Below the pieces are notes generated by a model. That model did no database searches. It was not told the DNA's origin and saw nothing but the letters and a program-made list of their open reading frames with translations. Of a stretch of DNA of 64,000 nucleotides, positions 12,522 to 26,999 are shown in pieces; position 1 is the stretch's first letter, and each line of letters opens with the position of its first letter. This DNA comes from Harriotta raleighana (taxonomy: Eukaryota), in assembly GCA_050575255.1 (NCBI GenBank), contig JBNZDD010013722.1, forward strand, positions 3,418,448-3,482,447, given 5' to 3'. The position numbers and the translations under genes were made by a program.

Positions 12522-15423
12522 AGATAAATACACAAACCCTGATGATGGTTCTTCTGACCTTCTTCCTCGCAGAATCTGCCTTTTATATGTCTGTCATAGA
12601 ATATTTCCCTATACACTCCATCAAAACACTTCATAATTTTGAACACCTTTATTAAATCTCGCTCGACCTTCTCTGCTTTAAGGTGAATAATCCCAGCCTT
12701 TCTAGTCAGTCACTTCATTTTCCCAGGTACACGAGTTTTCAGTCTCAGCTAGTTCATCTGATAAATGTTAGCTGAGTTGTTTGGTGCCACCCAGTGAAGG
12801 AAAAATGTGTCAATTTTTAATTAAGATTGGAGCGCTTGAGATAGGAATATACATTAGAATTGGTCTTTAATTCTGTTCTGCACAAGGAACCTAGCAGCCT
12901 TTAATATAATCATTGCCAGCAAATTATTAACTATTCTGATTTAGGTGACATTTTATGGAACATGTTTTAATGCCACAAAAGCCTGCCTGTTAACTTGGCC
13001 AAAGAAAATGTTTATCTTCTCTAAGAACTGCTTTAAACTGCTCTAAAACAGGTAAACAGCTAATGATTTTTTTAATAGGATTCTCTGCATAATACATCTT
13101 AATGTATCCTTATTGTGCTATCTTCATTTCAATTGCAGCTTCCGATAGACTTTATGTTATTACTCAGTTATTCTAATTTACAATACACTTCATTTTCTTG
13201 CCTTCAGGCTTGTACTGACATTATTCACCACAGAATTACATTAAATATTTTAATAACACATTCAAGTGTGGATCTTACCTGGTACTTCAGTTTGTTCATG
13301 TCAATTTATTTATACCGTTGGTCTTTTTTGAACAAAGTAATTACTATTTAGTGAAAAATAGATGTAATTTCGCTTTTTCTACACTCAGACTAAATCCAAA
13401 TTGCAGGAAAGATGAACGAAAGTGACCAACTATATCTGGACACTTTCTGGTTGTTTCACAGCAGACAAGTGCCATATGGAACATGATTCTCAGTGTTAGT
13501 TTAGATATTCGCTGTGTTTTTGTTCACCATAGTAATAATGTCACAAACCATTGATATATTCAAACCACACGTTCACATTTTTGTTTTTATATTCATCTGC
13601 ATTATCTTTCACTTAATAACAAGAAAATACAATTGACATTTCCCATTACTACAATTTCCATACCTCTGCTTCCTCTTTCTCCTGGATCTCTCTGAAACAT
13701 TCAACACAGTCAATCATGGCATCCTCCTCCCTATTTTACCTTAGTGGAACTGCACTCCTACTTAACCAACCACCTGTTTCATTTTAGCAAATTATTTCTC
13801 CTTTTTCCTGGACAGCTGTGGAATAGCCAAGGGCTCCAAACCTGGCCCTCCTCTTCCCTTATTTATATGCTCCCTCTGGGTGAATGTCATCCATCCCCAA
13901 ACCCTCGCCCTAGCTTGGAGTCAGGATCTGCCACTGTTAAGNCCCCAAACCCTCGCCCTAGCTTGGAGTCAGGATCTGCCACTGTTTTTTTATTTTTATT
14001 TATTTATTTATATATTATATTTATATAGCGCCTTTCACTCTGAGATGCTACCTGACATGGAGGGTACTATATAAGTGCAAGTTGTTGTTTTGTTGTTGTT
14101 GCATTGGCCATCTGATTGCTTCAAAGCATTATCAAACAGATTTTTCTCAAAGTTTACTTGACATGATATTATTATCTAGAAGTAATACAGTTGTTACCTC
14201 AGTGCTCCAAGGTCCTAGCCTGGTTGGAGAGGCTTATATAAATACAAGTTGTTTAGAGACTGAGCAGTTACAGACAAAGGAACCTTATGACCTGCTGCGC
14301 TGTAATTCTATGATTCTATCTTGCCTTCTTATGTACCTAATGATATTATTATATCCTTATATTTGACGTAACATCTTATCATTGATGGGACGTTTTAAAG
14401 TGTTTCACAACATGTGTTGTAAATTGGTTTGACCATGTATTTGGAGCAAAATGCACCAGTGAATTGCATACATTAATATTTCATAATAAGCCAAGAATGT
14501 ATAGTCAGGAAACATGACTTTACACATCAATACTGGTGTGTTAAATAAATTTAGGGAGTAAAATCCTATAATCTATACACTTACTGACTGGCAAATAATA
14601 AAAAGGATTTCCCTGTCAAGATTAGTGAAATTATTTACGAATCAATCTAATTGAACAAATAGCAAGATTTAAACATCTTTGTTCAAACACATGCTGATTG
14701 TTTCGCATAATCTATTAACTAAGGTAATAGAGGCCATGAGCACTAAAGATTATTTAAATTATTTCTAGATATCATAATAGGATAGATAAATTATGGGAGA
14801 TGAACTTCATTAGATCAAGTTACCTTTTCTCATTCCTCATGTTAAGTGTTCTTATAATTATATCTTTATTCACTGAATGGGAATCAATTACAGATACTCA
14901 GACAAATGGAGGCAAACCAAAAACGTAGAGAAAACCAGTTTAAGCGTATAAAATGAAACTATGAGGGCCCTGAGGCGGGCATAGAACTGGATTCTTATGG
15001 AGGTTTGAGAGAGCAAGGGCAAAAAGTGCATATTCCCCCATTGCCATCTACAGGTGAACAGAGCAGCAAAGAATCTCCAAAGACATAAAATTGGAAAAAT
15101 AGGTTGTTATTGTAATATTAAAGAAGAAATGCAAATGTGATTTAATAATAAGCTGTTTCCAAAGCCCTGCGCTTTTTATCACGGATTTTTATATTGTAGC
15201 AAGCTGAATCATTGACCTTGCAGTATTTGATTGCTTTAATGTAGAACTGCACAATTCCCCTCCAGAAGAGATTGCTTGCTGTCTGATAATAGCACTGCTT
15301 CCCCAAAGATGTCATTAGACTACAGAAAAGTATATTTTGGAGGGTTGGGGAGCAACATCATGAAATAAATATGGAAGATTTAAATTTGGACCAGCAGATT
15401 TGGAATATTAAACATTTGACTGA

Positions 15424-15881
15424 CAACAACAAGATTACACTTGTATAGCGCCTTTCACATCAGGAGGACATCCCAGGACGCTGGACAGTCATTGTTTCAG
15501 ACCCAAACTGGGATTACAGACGGGGAATGTGGACAGAAAGGGGGGGATTGGGGTGACCGATGGGACCGTTGAAGAGGAGGGTCTTGAGGTGGGACTTGAA
15601 GGATGCCAGTGAGGGGGTGAGGTGGAGGGACTGTGGGATGGAGTTCCAGAGGTTGAGGGCAGAGTGGCTGAAGGCTCACCCGCCAATGGTAGGGCGGATG
15701 GATTGGGGGACGTGGAGCAGGCCGGAGCCTGCTGAGTAGAGAGGGCAGGCAGGTTGATAGGGGGGTTGCAGATAGGGGGGTTAGGAGGTTGCAGATGTAG
15801 GGTAGGGTGAGGCCGTGTGAGGACCAGGATCTTGAATTGGATCCTCTGGGTGACAATGAGCCAATGGAGTCAGGTGAGGAT
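15424..15881 (-). mobile_element. L2 LINE 3' fragment (first copy of the gap-flanking duplication)
   Basis: L2 tail and body, near-identical to 16665-17122. Confidence 0.8.
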
Positions 15882-15972
15882 NCATCCTGTTCCTGTCCTG
15901 AACGCGTATCGTGGTCCCGTAAATGTTAAGAGCGGCGACTCCAGTTTTCTATCGCGCGTGGGCAACTAAAGT

Positions 15973-16421
15973 NNNNNNNNNNNNNNNNNNNNNNNNNNNN
16001 NNNNNNNNNNNNNNNNNNNNNNNNNNNNNNNNNNNNNNNNNNNNNNNNNNNNNNNNNNNNNNNNNNNNNNNNNNNNNNNNNNNNNNNNNNNNNNNNNNNN
16101 NNNNNNNNNNNNNNNNNNNNNNNNNNNNNNNNNNNNNNNNNNNNNNNNNNNNNNNNNNNNNNNNNNNNNNNNNNNNNNNNNNNNNNNNNNNNNNNNNNNN
16201 NNNNNNNNNNNNNNNNNNNNNNNNNNNNNNNNNNNNNNNNNNNNNNNNNNNNNNNNNNNNNNNNNNNNNNNNNNNNNNNNNNNNNNNNNNNNNNNNNNNN
16301 NNNNNNNNNNNNNNNNNNNNNNNNNNNNNNNNNNNNNNNNNNNNNNNNNNNNNNNNNNNNNNNNNNNNNNNNNNNNNNNNNNNNNNNNNNNNNNNNNNNN
16401 NNNNNNNNNNNNNNNNNNNNN
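15973..16421. other. Assembly gap (449 N)
   Basis: Run of N. 15181-15881 is repeated at 16422-17122. Confidence 1.
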
Positions 16422-16664
16422 ACGGATTTTTATATTGTAGCAAGCTGAATCATTGACCTTGCAGTATTTGATTGCTTTAATGTAGAACTGCACAATTCCC
16501 CTCCAGAAGAGATTGCTTGCTGTCTGATAATAGCACCGCTTCCCCAAAGATGTCATTAGACTACAGAAAAGTATATTTTGGAGGGTTGGGGAGCAACATC
16601 ATGAAATAAATATGGAAGATTTAAATTTGGACCAGCAGATTTGGAATATTAAACATTTGACTGA

Positions 16665-17180
16665 CAACAACAAGATTACACTTGTATAGCGCCTTTCACA
16701 TCAGGAGGACATCCCAGGACGCTGGACAGTCATTGTTTCAGACCCAAACTGGGATTACAGACGGGGAATGTGGACAGAAAGGGGGGGATTGGGGTGACCG
16801 ATGGGACCGTTGAAGAGGAGGGTCTTGAGGTGGGACTTGAAGGATGCCAGTGAGGGGGTGAGGTGGAGGGACTGTGGGATGGAGTTCCAGAGGTTGAGGG
16901 CAGAGTGGCTGAAGGCTCACCCGCCAATGGTAGGGCGGATGGATTGGGGGACGTGGAGCAGGCCGGAGCCTGCTGAGTAGAGAGGGCAGGCAGGTTGATA
17001 GGGGGGTTGCAGATAGGGGGGTTAGGAGGTTGCAGATGTAGGGTAGGGTGAGGCCGTGTGAGGACCAGGATCTTGAATTGGATCCTCTGGGTGGCAATGA
17101 GCCAATGGAGTCAGGTGAGGATGGGGAAGATGGGGCACAAAGCTTGGAGCGGAAGAGGACACGGGCGCAGAGTTCTGACA
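16665..17180 (-). mobile_element. L2 LINE 3' fragment
   Basis: L2 tail (caacaacaag...gcgcctttcacatcaggaggacatccc) and body. Confidence 0.85.
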
Positions 17181-17331
17181 TTGCCACTAATCCAATTAAG
17201 ATTATTCTGTGATAAATTTGAAACATTCAGCATGTCGCACTACTATATGTATTAATCAGTAAGTTTTTTTTGTGGCCTGGTTCTATACCTAGAGACTAAC
17301 ATCTTAAAGGTTAGTGGTATGCTTGTTTATA

Positions 17332-17409
17332 CAGGCAGTCCTCAAGTTACATCAGGGTTAGGTTNTCGAATTGTCGTACCTCGGAACGTCGTAACTAGAG
17401 GACTGCCTG
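17332..17409. mobile_element. Tc1/mariner (Tigger/pogo-type) MITE, interior collapsed at an 'n' join
   Basis: TIRs CAGGCAGTCCTCaAGTTAC...GTAACTaGAGGACTGCCTG flanked by TA on both sides. Confidence 0.85.
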
Positions 17410-17766
17410 TACACGGCAATATCCTAAAGCAGCATAGGTTTGCAAACTTAACACCATTGTCATTAACACATTGGTTTGAGAAATAATCTGTGCTGACTAA
17501 ATTGTTGAAGATTATACATTTTGACTAGAGTGTTGGTCAGGTTGCAAATTGATATGGTACTATTAATGACCTGATAAAGTAAATATTTACAGCAGCCAGC
17601 TAACTCTTGCAGCAAACTGAATTGGTAATAAAGTAATAGAAAGTCAACATCTGCTACTTATAGGTCACATTTCCCTTGTATCCATTCCAGTTTCCCCAGA
17701 AGGCCCTTCCCAATGCATGCCAGGATGCTGGGGACTCTGCACAATAGATCTGAGCTACACTACACT

Positions 17767-17767
<1 letters not shown>

Positions 17768-17797
<30 letters not shown>

Positions 17798-18510
17798 AAT
17801 TGCATTTATAGAGCGCGTTTCACGTCAGGAGGCCGTCCCAAGGCGCTGGACAGTTGGTTTAAGACCCGAGCAGGGGGAAATGTTCAGGACGAGGAGTGGG
17901 GAGGGTGGGAGCAAGGAGGGGGTAGAGACTCGAGAGGGGAGTTGAAGGCACGGTGGAAGAGAAAGGTCTTGAGACCGGCCTTGAAAGAAGAAAGGGAGGG
18001 AGCGAGGCGAAGGCACTGGGGGATGGAGTTCCAGAGCCTGGGGGCTGAGCGGCTGAAAGCCCGGCCACCAATGGTAGGGCGGTTAGGGCAGGGGATGTGG
18101 AGCAGACCAGAGCCAGAGGAACGGAGGGTACGGGCAGGTAGATAGGGGGATATTAGGTCGGAGAGGTAGGAGGGAGCAAGGCCGTGAATGGCCTTGTAGG
18201 TAAGGATGAGGATCTTGTATTCAATCCTCTGGGGGATGGGGAGCCAGTGGAGATGGGCGAGGGTGGCAGTGATGTGGTCACGAAGCCTGGTGTGGGAGAG
18301 TACACGAGCTGCAGCTTGTGGATGGAGTAGCCGGGAAGGCCCACGAGGAGAGAGTTCCCATAGTCCAGCCTTGAGTTGATGAAGGCGTGGACTAGTATTT
18401 CAGCAGCATGAGGGGTGAGGCAGTGTCGTAGCCTGGCGATGTTCCGGAGGTGGTGGAAGGCAGTGCCAGTTGTGGCGCGGATGTGGGGGAGAAAGGACAG
18501 CTCAGGGTCA
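17768..18510 (-). mobile_element. L2 LINE 3' fragment with (TTG)n tail
   Basis: (CAA)n tail on the plus strand, L2 terminal motif gggacg..ctcctgacgtgaaa.gcgct.tataaatg, and the RT C-terminal LHWLP-type region. Confidence 0.9.
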
Positions 18511-19420
18511 ACAACAACACCACCAACAACAACAACAAAATCACAGGAGGACGTCCCAAGGCGGTGGACAGGTTACTGCTTCAGACCTGAGCTAAGGGTG
18601 GGGGGAGGGACGGCGGGGGGGCATGAGTCGCCGATAGGACCATCAAAGAGGAGAATGTTGAGGCAAGACTTGAAGGAGGCCAGGGAGGGTGCGAGGCAGA
18701 GGTACTTCGGGATGGAGTTCCAGAGGTTGGGGGCAGAGTCACTGAAGGCTTGCCCGCCGATGGTTGGGTGGGTAGTGGGGACATGGAGCAGACCAGAGTC
18801 TGCTGAGCAGAGGGGCGGGCAGATTGGTAAGGGGATAGGAGGTCGCGGATACAGGATGGGGCGAGGTTGTGGAGGGCTTTATCTGTGAGGACCATGATCT
18901 TGAATTGGATCCTCTGGGTGATGGGAAGCCAATGGAGTCGGGAAAGAATGGGGGTGATGGGGTCACGGAGTTTGGAACGGTAGAGGACACGGGCTGCAGA
19001 GTTTTGGATTAACTGCAGCCTGTGGATGGAGGAATTAGGGAGGCCGACCAACAAGGCATTTGTATAGTCAGGCCGGGATGTAATGAAGATGTGGATGAAG
19101 GTTTCAGTGGCTTTAGGGGTGAGGTAATGGCGGAATCGGGAAATGTTGCAGAGATGGGGAAAGGCATTGCTTTGATGTGAGGGAGGAAAGACAGTTGAGG
19201 GTCGAACAAGACACCTAGGTTCATGACTGGCTCGGTGAGGTTGAGTGTGCAACCATGGAGGTTGATGCAGCCAGCACCTGTTACAAGGAGGCAGTGGCAT
19301 GAGCCCATCAGTAGGGTCTCGGTCTTGTTGAAGTTCAACTGTAGAAAGTTAGCTCTCATCCAGGACTTGATGTCTGACGGACAGTCTGTCAGGACAGTGC
19401 TAGGCCTGGAGTCGATGGTT
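18510..19420 (-). mobile_element. L2 LINE fragment, in tandem with the previous copy
   Basis: MRANFLQLNFNKTETLL, ITSRPDYTNALLVGLP, LQLIQNSAAR and LHWLPITQRIQFK are L2 RT C-terminal motifs. Confidence 0.9.
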
Positions 19421-22400
19421 GATGCAGATATAGTTATAAAAGGAGCTACATAAATTTAAATTTGCAACTGTACTCCTCCAAAATGAGAGTTACATGCAAG
19501 AGCAGAAAAATGTACAGAACCAGGTACTCCATAGAGTCAGGAGTCTGCACAGACATGTAGCAGTTTAACGATGAACAAATATGAGAATTACATTAGCAGT
19601 CATTGTGAATTGTAATACTGTAATGTTATTTAATCCACAAAACACAATGTAGATTCATTCAGTTCATTAATTCAAGTCAACCTCTTTCAAATCAACCTCT
19701 GTCACCCTCTCAAATCTGCAAGTCACTCCTCCCAGAATCCTTTTATACCTGCATCATCCATATTTATTAGTGAATCCCTTTTTAACTTATCTGGCATTTC
19801 TTCACAATACCATGAGACATTTCAATGAAGGTTCATTTGATAATATTCCAGGAACACAAAATTGTTTGGATGAGGAAGGTCTTTGGGGCTATTTATTCTG
19901 ATCATTCCAATATACAGTACCAACAATTCTGACCTCCCATCATAGCATCAAGCAGTTTTTTTTAAAATCAGTTTTTTAAAAACTAATTAAGCATTCTGAC
20001 ATTAACCTCCCAACCCTCACCTCCCAGCTTCACCACCACACTATCTGGTTATGTGTTCCAGTCATTATTTATCCTTTGGGAATAGAAATACTTCATGGTG
20101 TCTTTCTTTGAGTTTGCCCTTTGCAATCATTTGAAATCTTCAACCTGATAATAGAAATAAATAACATTTTGAATCTTTTATATTTAAAACTTTGGTTTTG
20201 TAATGAATTTTGAGGAAAGATTGTACAAATTCTTGAAAGTCCTTTCAGTCATCTTACATATTGTGTCATTTTCAGAGGCACATTTGACGCTACATATCTG
20301 TTTACAAAAACTATCGTGGGTAGAAAATTGCAGTGAGCAATATACAATTTTAAATAGGCATTTTCAAATTCAGTGTGTAGTTTAAAATAACGACAAAGGA
20401 ATTGTACTCAACATTTTCTTAATATGTTATGCTCGTCATGGAAACCCAAACATGACAATAGTCACGCTTGAAGGTGTACGGGGATAAAGCTGTGCAGTGG
20501 GATTGAATGAAAATTTTGCTTATAACCGGTGCAGAGTCAATGGGCAGAACATCCTCCTTCTCTGCTGTAAATTTCCGTGGTTTGAATAACAATACCGAGT
20601 GCCACATTTTTTTTTCGTAATGTTAAATCAATTCCTTGCTTGTCACAATAGTATACCTATGATATCACAGTAGTGTTCCTTTTATTGATGGGTTATGCAT
20701 AATCTGGAGTCAACGTGTAATCTATTTGACTATATCTTGAGGTTAATTACTTGCAGGAATAACAGCTTCAAGCACACAACCAGCTAAGATATTCAAAACC
20801 AGAAGGTGATATTTGAACTGATCTGACAAACATTAACAAGTCAAAATCACCATCAACCTCATTAATTTAAGCCGTTGGACACTTTGCATTATGATAGTAC
20901 TTTGGATGTGTGAATGCAAATGACAGCAAATGACAACTTAACATGAGTCTCTAAAACTTCATGACAGCTCCAATCTATTTATAGAAATTGAATTGGCATT
21001 TCATTTAAACCTTGTCGCTTTCACAAAGCAACAATTTGAGACGAAACAAAAATGCTGTGCAATCATTTTTCATAACAACAGAATTGTTAGGTATTTCAGC
21101 CACATATTGAAATTCACTTTGTTTATTCACTTTTGTTTAAACATGTAGAATTCTCAATTTCAATTAAAATGGCTACTCATTAATATAAAATCTAAGATAC
21201 TTTGCAATCTATTAGGACGGTTCAAATAACATCTGTTTCCGAATCAGAAAATTGAAAGTTCAAGCCTCACCCCGAGACTTAAGCATGTTATCGAGGCTGA
21301 CTTTTCAGCTCAGCACTGAGGGAGTACTACGATATTGAAGGTGATGACCTTTGGATAATGTGTTCAACAGGGATCACAAGTGTCAGTTCAGATGTTAAGG
21401 ATGCCATTGCTCTATTTTGAAGTGGAGTAGCAAGGGCTCTTGGTATCAAGGCCAATATTCATCGCTCAACCAAATTCACCATTAAAAAACAGCAGATGAG
21501 TCATTGCTGTCCTTGGAACACCTTTCGTGCAGATTAGTTGCTGAGTTTTCTCATATAACAACAGTCAGTAAACTTCAAAACAACATACTTTGTGAAGTGC
21601 TTGAATTACTTGAATTTGAGAAGGTGCTGAATCAAATATATATATTTTTATAAACTACAAGAGTTGAACCCAGCATCTTGTCATAAATGCTTTTCTGCAC
21701 TAATTGTGAAAAATTTAACGTTCAACCTTGGCATCCACAATTAAATGTAGACAGTACAAAAGAGAGTGTCACAGCACAGACAGATAGAGAGAGAGAGATA
21801 GGTAGATAGATTCATTCATAGATTCATCATTGTCTTTGACTGCATGCCTCAATATGCATAGCCTGTATTCCTCTTTGAGTGCATTAGCTAAATTACTGAT
21901 TCAATTTTATTTGGAGAATTGTTGGCCAGGTCAGAAGGAGGCCATTCAGACTAGCTTTCAGAGCAAGTTGTTCTTTCAATTCTACTGCTCTATCCTATCC
22001 CATCCCAAATATTCCTTTCAAGTCACTAACTTTCAAATACTTAAGTATAGGAGTGTCAGTTTGAGTGCTCAAAGTCTTTTTCTTAAATGATCAGTTGGGT
22101 GTCTGGACACAAGCTGAAATCTATCAGAATGCTTAAGAGCATTTCAACTAAACTGAGAATTCAATGCATCCCACGTACACATGGATATCCCAGAGATAGA
22201 TTGTTAGAATGGAATGCATACTCTCTCCCTGGGGGTTTGCATTCTGCTTACCTAATTATAGAAAGTATTAGATAGGGCTGACAAGTCCAAAGGCTTGGGG
22301 TACTGCCGGAGTCCTCGTATGAGGCTCAATTCAAATGGCTTCACTCTTAATCTTTATCCATTGCCACTTTTGGCTTCACTAACAATCTCATATGGAATGT

Positions 22401-22757
22401 TTCACAGCTCACCTATTCCAAAGCATGCTAAAAAAGCTATTTTTGTGCCAAATACAAATTCCCCTCAATAATCCTCTCAAATCCAGGATATCGCTTCCAG
22501 CATCTCTTGTACTGTACTATCTTTAACAAAACACAAACATAATATTGGTTTTGGCTTTCACCTGGGTTAGAGAATTAGAGAAAACAAACAGTAAACCAAC
22601 TGCACTGCATGATTTCGATAGTGGAGCTTATTGAGTGCACCATAGCTGTGTGAAAAACAATTGAACTAGTGCCTGTAATACTTCGAACATTTTGCAAAAT
22701 GTAGGCAAGGCAACTCTCAAGTGTTGTTGGATTTTTTACTTGTACCTGAACAGGTAA

Positions 22758-23523
22758 ACCATTGCCAGACTCTGCCACTACCTCACTCCCTATGCTGCTG
22801 AAACACATGTCCACGCATTCATCACATCTAGGCTCAACTACAGGAACTCTCTCCTCATTGGCTTTCCAGGCTACTCCCTTCACAAGCTGCAGATTATTCA
22901 GAACTCTGTAGCTCGTGCACTAGTCTCCGCGACCACATAACTCCCATTCTTACCCTTCTCCACTGGCTCCCCATCCCTCAGAGGATTAAATTCAACATCC
23001 TCATCCTCACTTTCAAGGCCATTCACGGCCTTGCCCCCGCCTATCTCTCCCCTGCTGTCTCCCTATCAGCCTGCCCATTCCCTCTGCTCAGCGGGCTCTG
23101 GTCTGCTCCATGTCCCCCGTCCGAACCGCCCTACCATCGGTGACCGGGCATTCAGCCTCTCTGTCCCCACACTCTGGAATTCCATCCCACAATCCTTTCA
23201 CCTAGCTTCCTCCCTTTCATCCTACAAGACCGTTCTCAAGACCTTCCTCTTCGACTGTGCANACCGGGCTTTCAGCCTCTCTGCCCCATACTCTGGAATT
23301 CCATCCCACAATCCTTTCACCTAGCTTCCTCCCTTTCGTCCTACAAGACCGTTCTCAAGACTGTGCATTCTGGTACCCTCGTAACTCTTCCTCCTTTCCT
23401 ACTCTCCTTCCCCCTGCCCCAACCCCAACCCTTCCCCTCCCCACTGAGTCCCGACCTAACCGTTCAGCACCTTGGGACGTCTTCCCGTCATGAAGGCGCT
23501 CTATAAATGTAATCTTGTTGTTT
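22758..23523 (+). mobile_element. L2 LINE 3' fragment
   Basis: cactggctcccc (LHWLP) region and tail gggacgtcttcccgtcatgaaggcgctctataaatgtaatcttgttgt. An internal 'n' join duplicates part of it. Confidence 0.85.
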
Positions 23524-25041
23524 ATCATCTTATCCAAAGCATCTCCCTCAATGCAGCATTTCTCCAGCACTGCATTAGATTATCAACCAAGAATGTAAGC
23601 ATAAAGTTTCAACTCAGGGCATGAATCTACAACCTTCTGTCTCAGTGGATACAACCCACTGAGACACTTTTTAAGTTCCTTTCATAATAGCTAACACTAT
23701 TACTGACATCTGTATATTTTTTTACTGATATACAACCCGATTTATATATTGTTCTGAAGAAATACGCCTTGAAAAAGAAAATGCAGTAACATTTTTATAA
23801 ACTAAAATGAAATTTACAAGAAGACATTTCAAAAAGAGGATGTAGAAAGTCGTATCCACTTCATTCATGACCATATTATTGGAGAGAATGGGTTCTCCAC
23901 AATAAATGCGATTTTTTAAAACTAAAATGAATAAATGTTAACCAAGCATGATTTCACACTGTTTGACATTGACATTTTTTTATATTTCGCCTAAAGTCAA
24001 CAGATGGAAAATGTGTTAGCAATTATGTTCTCCCCAAGTCAATACCTTAATGGATTTCAGAACTAGAATCTGCATTAACATTTCTATAGTACAATTTNCT
24101 TAATGTGTTTCAGAACTAGAATCTGCATTAACATTTCTATAGTAACAAATTGGGGGCTTTTATTTAATATACAAGTAAATTGACCTTTCTGACCCCCTGT
24201 GTGTATGTTTATGTAGTATAGTTTTGTGGTTTAAAAAATGGATGCACTTAAGTTTTATGGTCCAGTAAAATGGATGAGTGGTCAGGGTTATAATTTGTTA
24301 TTTCATGTCAATAGATGAAATTTCATTGCAAACACTAGTGACACAATATCACCTTAAACAAAAAATATGATAATGGTGATTATTTTCTATACAGAGTGGG
24401 GAAAAAGAAGAAAAATTTGTCTAGACAAATGTCTTAGTAGCTGTCTCATTTCTTGAAGCTCACAGTACAATCATTACCAGGGTCCATTATTCCATCTCTA
24501 TCACTTGCAGTGAACCTTTCACCGCGGGTTAAGAAATTATAAAATTGAAAACCCTGGGTTAAAATTATGACATTTCCTCATGGATTTGGTCATCGTGTAT
24601 CTGAGGATACAATAGAATTTCAAATGATGATTATCAATCATTGTTGGGTGTGAACCATGTGCCTCCATCCTTCCAAACATCATAATCTTTCTGTTTGATA
24701 GAGTTCCTTTCACAGCTGGAGGACTTATCAAAGTGTTTCACAGAATTTACTGTAAAGTGCATTTTGTAAGGACACATGGCAACCAACTTTTGTAGACAAA
24801 TTGATTGTCTTGAATTTGCATTGATGTTTATAGCCATGATCAATGTTCCCACGTAAAGGAGAAGAGAAAGAATGTATGGGAGGGAGAAAGCAATGGGTGG
24901 AGACTCATGTAGAGTATAAACACTAATATGGATTAATTGGGCTGAATGGCATTTTTCTGTGCCATACATTCAATGCAAATCAATGTAAAACTACATACTA
25001 GTGGGCACCAGAAAATGGCGTTTCCACTCAATATGAATTAC

Positions 25042-25680
25042 TTTGGAATTCCATAATTCGATCCAGGAACACTGCTCCCAGTGAATATCAATGCAGCAGC
25101 AACGATGAAAAGTATTGGTTTAACGACAGTGCCATTACTGAGGAGTGGTCTTGTTCCCATCTCGCACCCATCCTTAAATGTGTCTGAATTAACCTTATAT
25201 GAACACATTAAAGCTGTTGTGAAGCTTTGCATTTTTCTCCCCACTAATTTCTCTGAAACGCTGCATCGCTCAGCTGTTGGAGTCAGGTGACTTTCAGCTG
25301 CACTGGATGCAATCCGCAAAGGACTACAGGGCACCATTAAGCCTAATAACTACACCAAGCTCTGTAACTTAATTAGGCAAAATTGAATAATTGTCAAGAT
25401 CTGTAGGACACAATTTAAACACATCTCACAACACTGACCTTCCAAGTCAAAGAACAACTCCGAACAGCTTTTGGAATGCTTTGGGAACTGATGTGATCTT
25501 GCTGTTAAATATACAGCTGAAATGATCGGTAATATATTGAGTAGGAATTACTGAGCTGCATCTACATAGCTGTTCAGTATCAACATCTGTGAAGCAATCT
25601 TCATCTTTCGGCTCCATACTTCCAATTATCTGAAGGGGATCCCCATTTGTGCAACTCTGATTGCTTATTACAGATTCACA
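25042..25680 (-). pseudogene. Candidate decayed large exon
   Basis: NCESVISNQSCTNGDPLQIIGSMEPKDEDCFTDVDTEQLCRC... followed by stops and a frameshift, then a 99-aa ORF ending at AAA|GTAATT. Confidence 0.3.
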
Positions 25681-26999
25681 ATTTAATACTAACCTGTATT
25701 ATGTGGGACATCTCAAAGTGCTTCACAGGATTTTACTGTGAAGTGAAGATATTTTAGTTGACTGTGGCAGCCAATTTGTGCACAACATTGTCTCACAAGT
25801 ATCCATGGAGTAAATGACCAATTTTATCCGAGAGATTGTTGGCTGAGACATCGGGAGAAACTTCCTCAGAAATGTGGACCCGAAATGTTGATTCACTTTT
25901 CCTTTCTCCATAGACGCTGCCTGACCTGCTGAATGTTCCCAGCGATTTCCGGTTATATTTCAGATTTCCAGCATCTGCTGTATTTTGCGTTTTTGTTGGG
26001 AGAAACTTCCTTCTCTTTTCCAATTGTGATTGGATCTTTAAGATTCACTTGAACAGGCATAGACAGACAAGTCTCATCAGAAGGACAGCAAATCTCTCCC
26101 AGCACTGCGTTGGATTGTCAGCCTTGGGCCTAGGTTACGAGTTAAAAACTCCAATGTATTAAGAGATTAGAAATCGCACTCCATGATAAAAATAAAGATA
26201 AATCCCCAAGCCTTATTTTACATATTTGAACAAATTGCAGTGAACAGTGTTTAATGGTGGGTGTTTGTAATTCATGTTACAATCTATTCCTTCTTAGAGA
26301 TTATGAATTAAATATGTTTCAAGTATGCAAGTGTGCATGTGCCTATATTAGGCAGAAATCTTCATATAACTAGGTATATTTTATGGACTGCATTTGACGC
26401 AATTTTTGTGAGTGAGTGAAATTCAAGCCATTAGGACCCTAATAATGTTGAGTTACTAAAATGTATGGATATCTGTAAGGGACAGGAATCCAGTGCAGGA
26501 CACAGGTATGAGTGAACGGTTGCAATTCCCTTGACCCCAATGTTGCTATTGTTGTATCTGGCACTGGTGTTTGAGTGACACTTCGTAGGAAACTGCTTAA
26601 TTCAACCAGATATAAGTAATTCTCCTGTACAGCAGCATTCATTACTGGCTTTCAATAATTGAGCAACTGCCAGAATTTGCTGCTAAAAATGTATTCTTAA
26701 AACATACTCTTAATAATCTTTGGAACTGAGCATTCCCTGACATTGAGAGAATGGTTCCTCCCTATAGGTGTGTCAGATTTGAAACATGACTACCCTTGTT
26801 TTTAATTTGGCAAGAGGTTCAAGACCTTAGATTCCTGTCAGCATTACACTTTGCCTTTCGTGTTTATGGTTGATAATGGGATTTCCCCAATTATAATCAC
26901 TAAAGATGCAATGTGTAGCATCAATGAACATTTCACCAATTAATTTATTCACTGATGTCAGAAAGCTTTTCTAATTTTCAAACTTATTTTTATCTCCCT

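Noticed and set aside
15923-16556. ORFs of 164-196 aa
   Set aside because: They are made of N-gap X residues.
17717-18145. ORF with poly-Q
   Set aside because: The poly-Q is the antisense (CAA)n tail of an L2.
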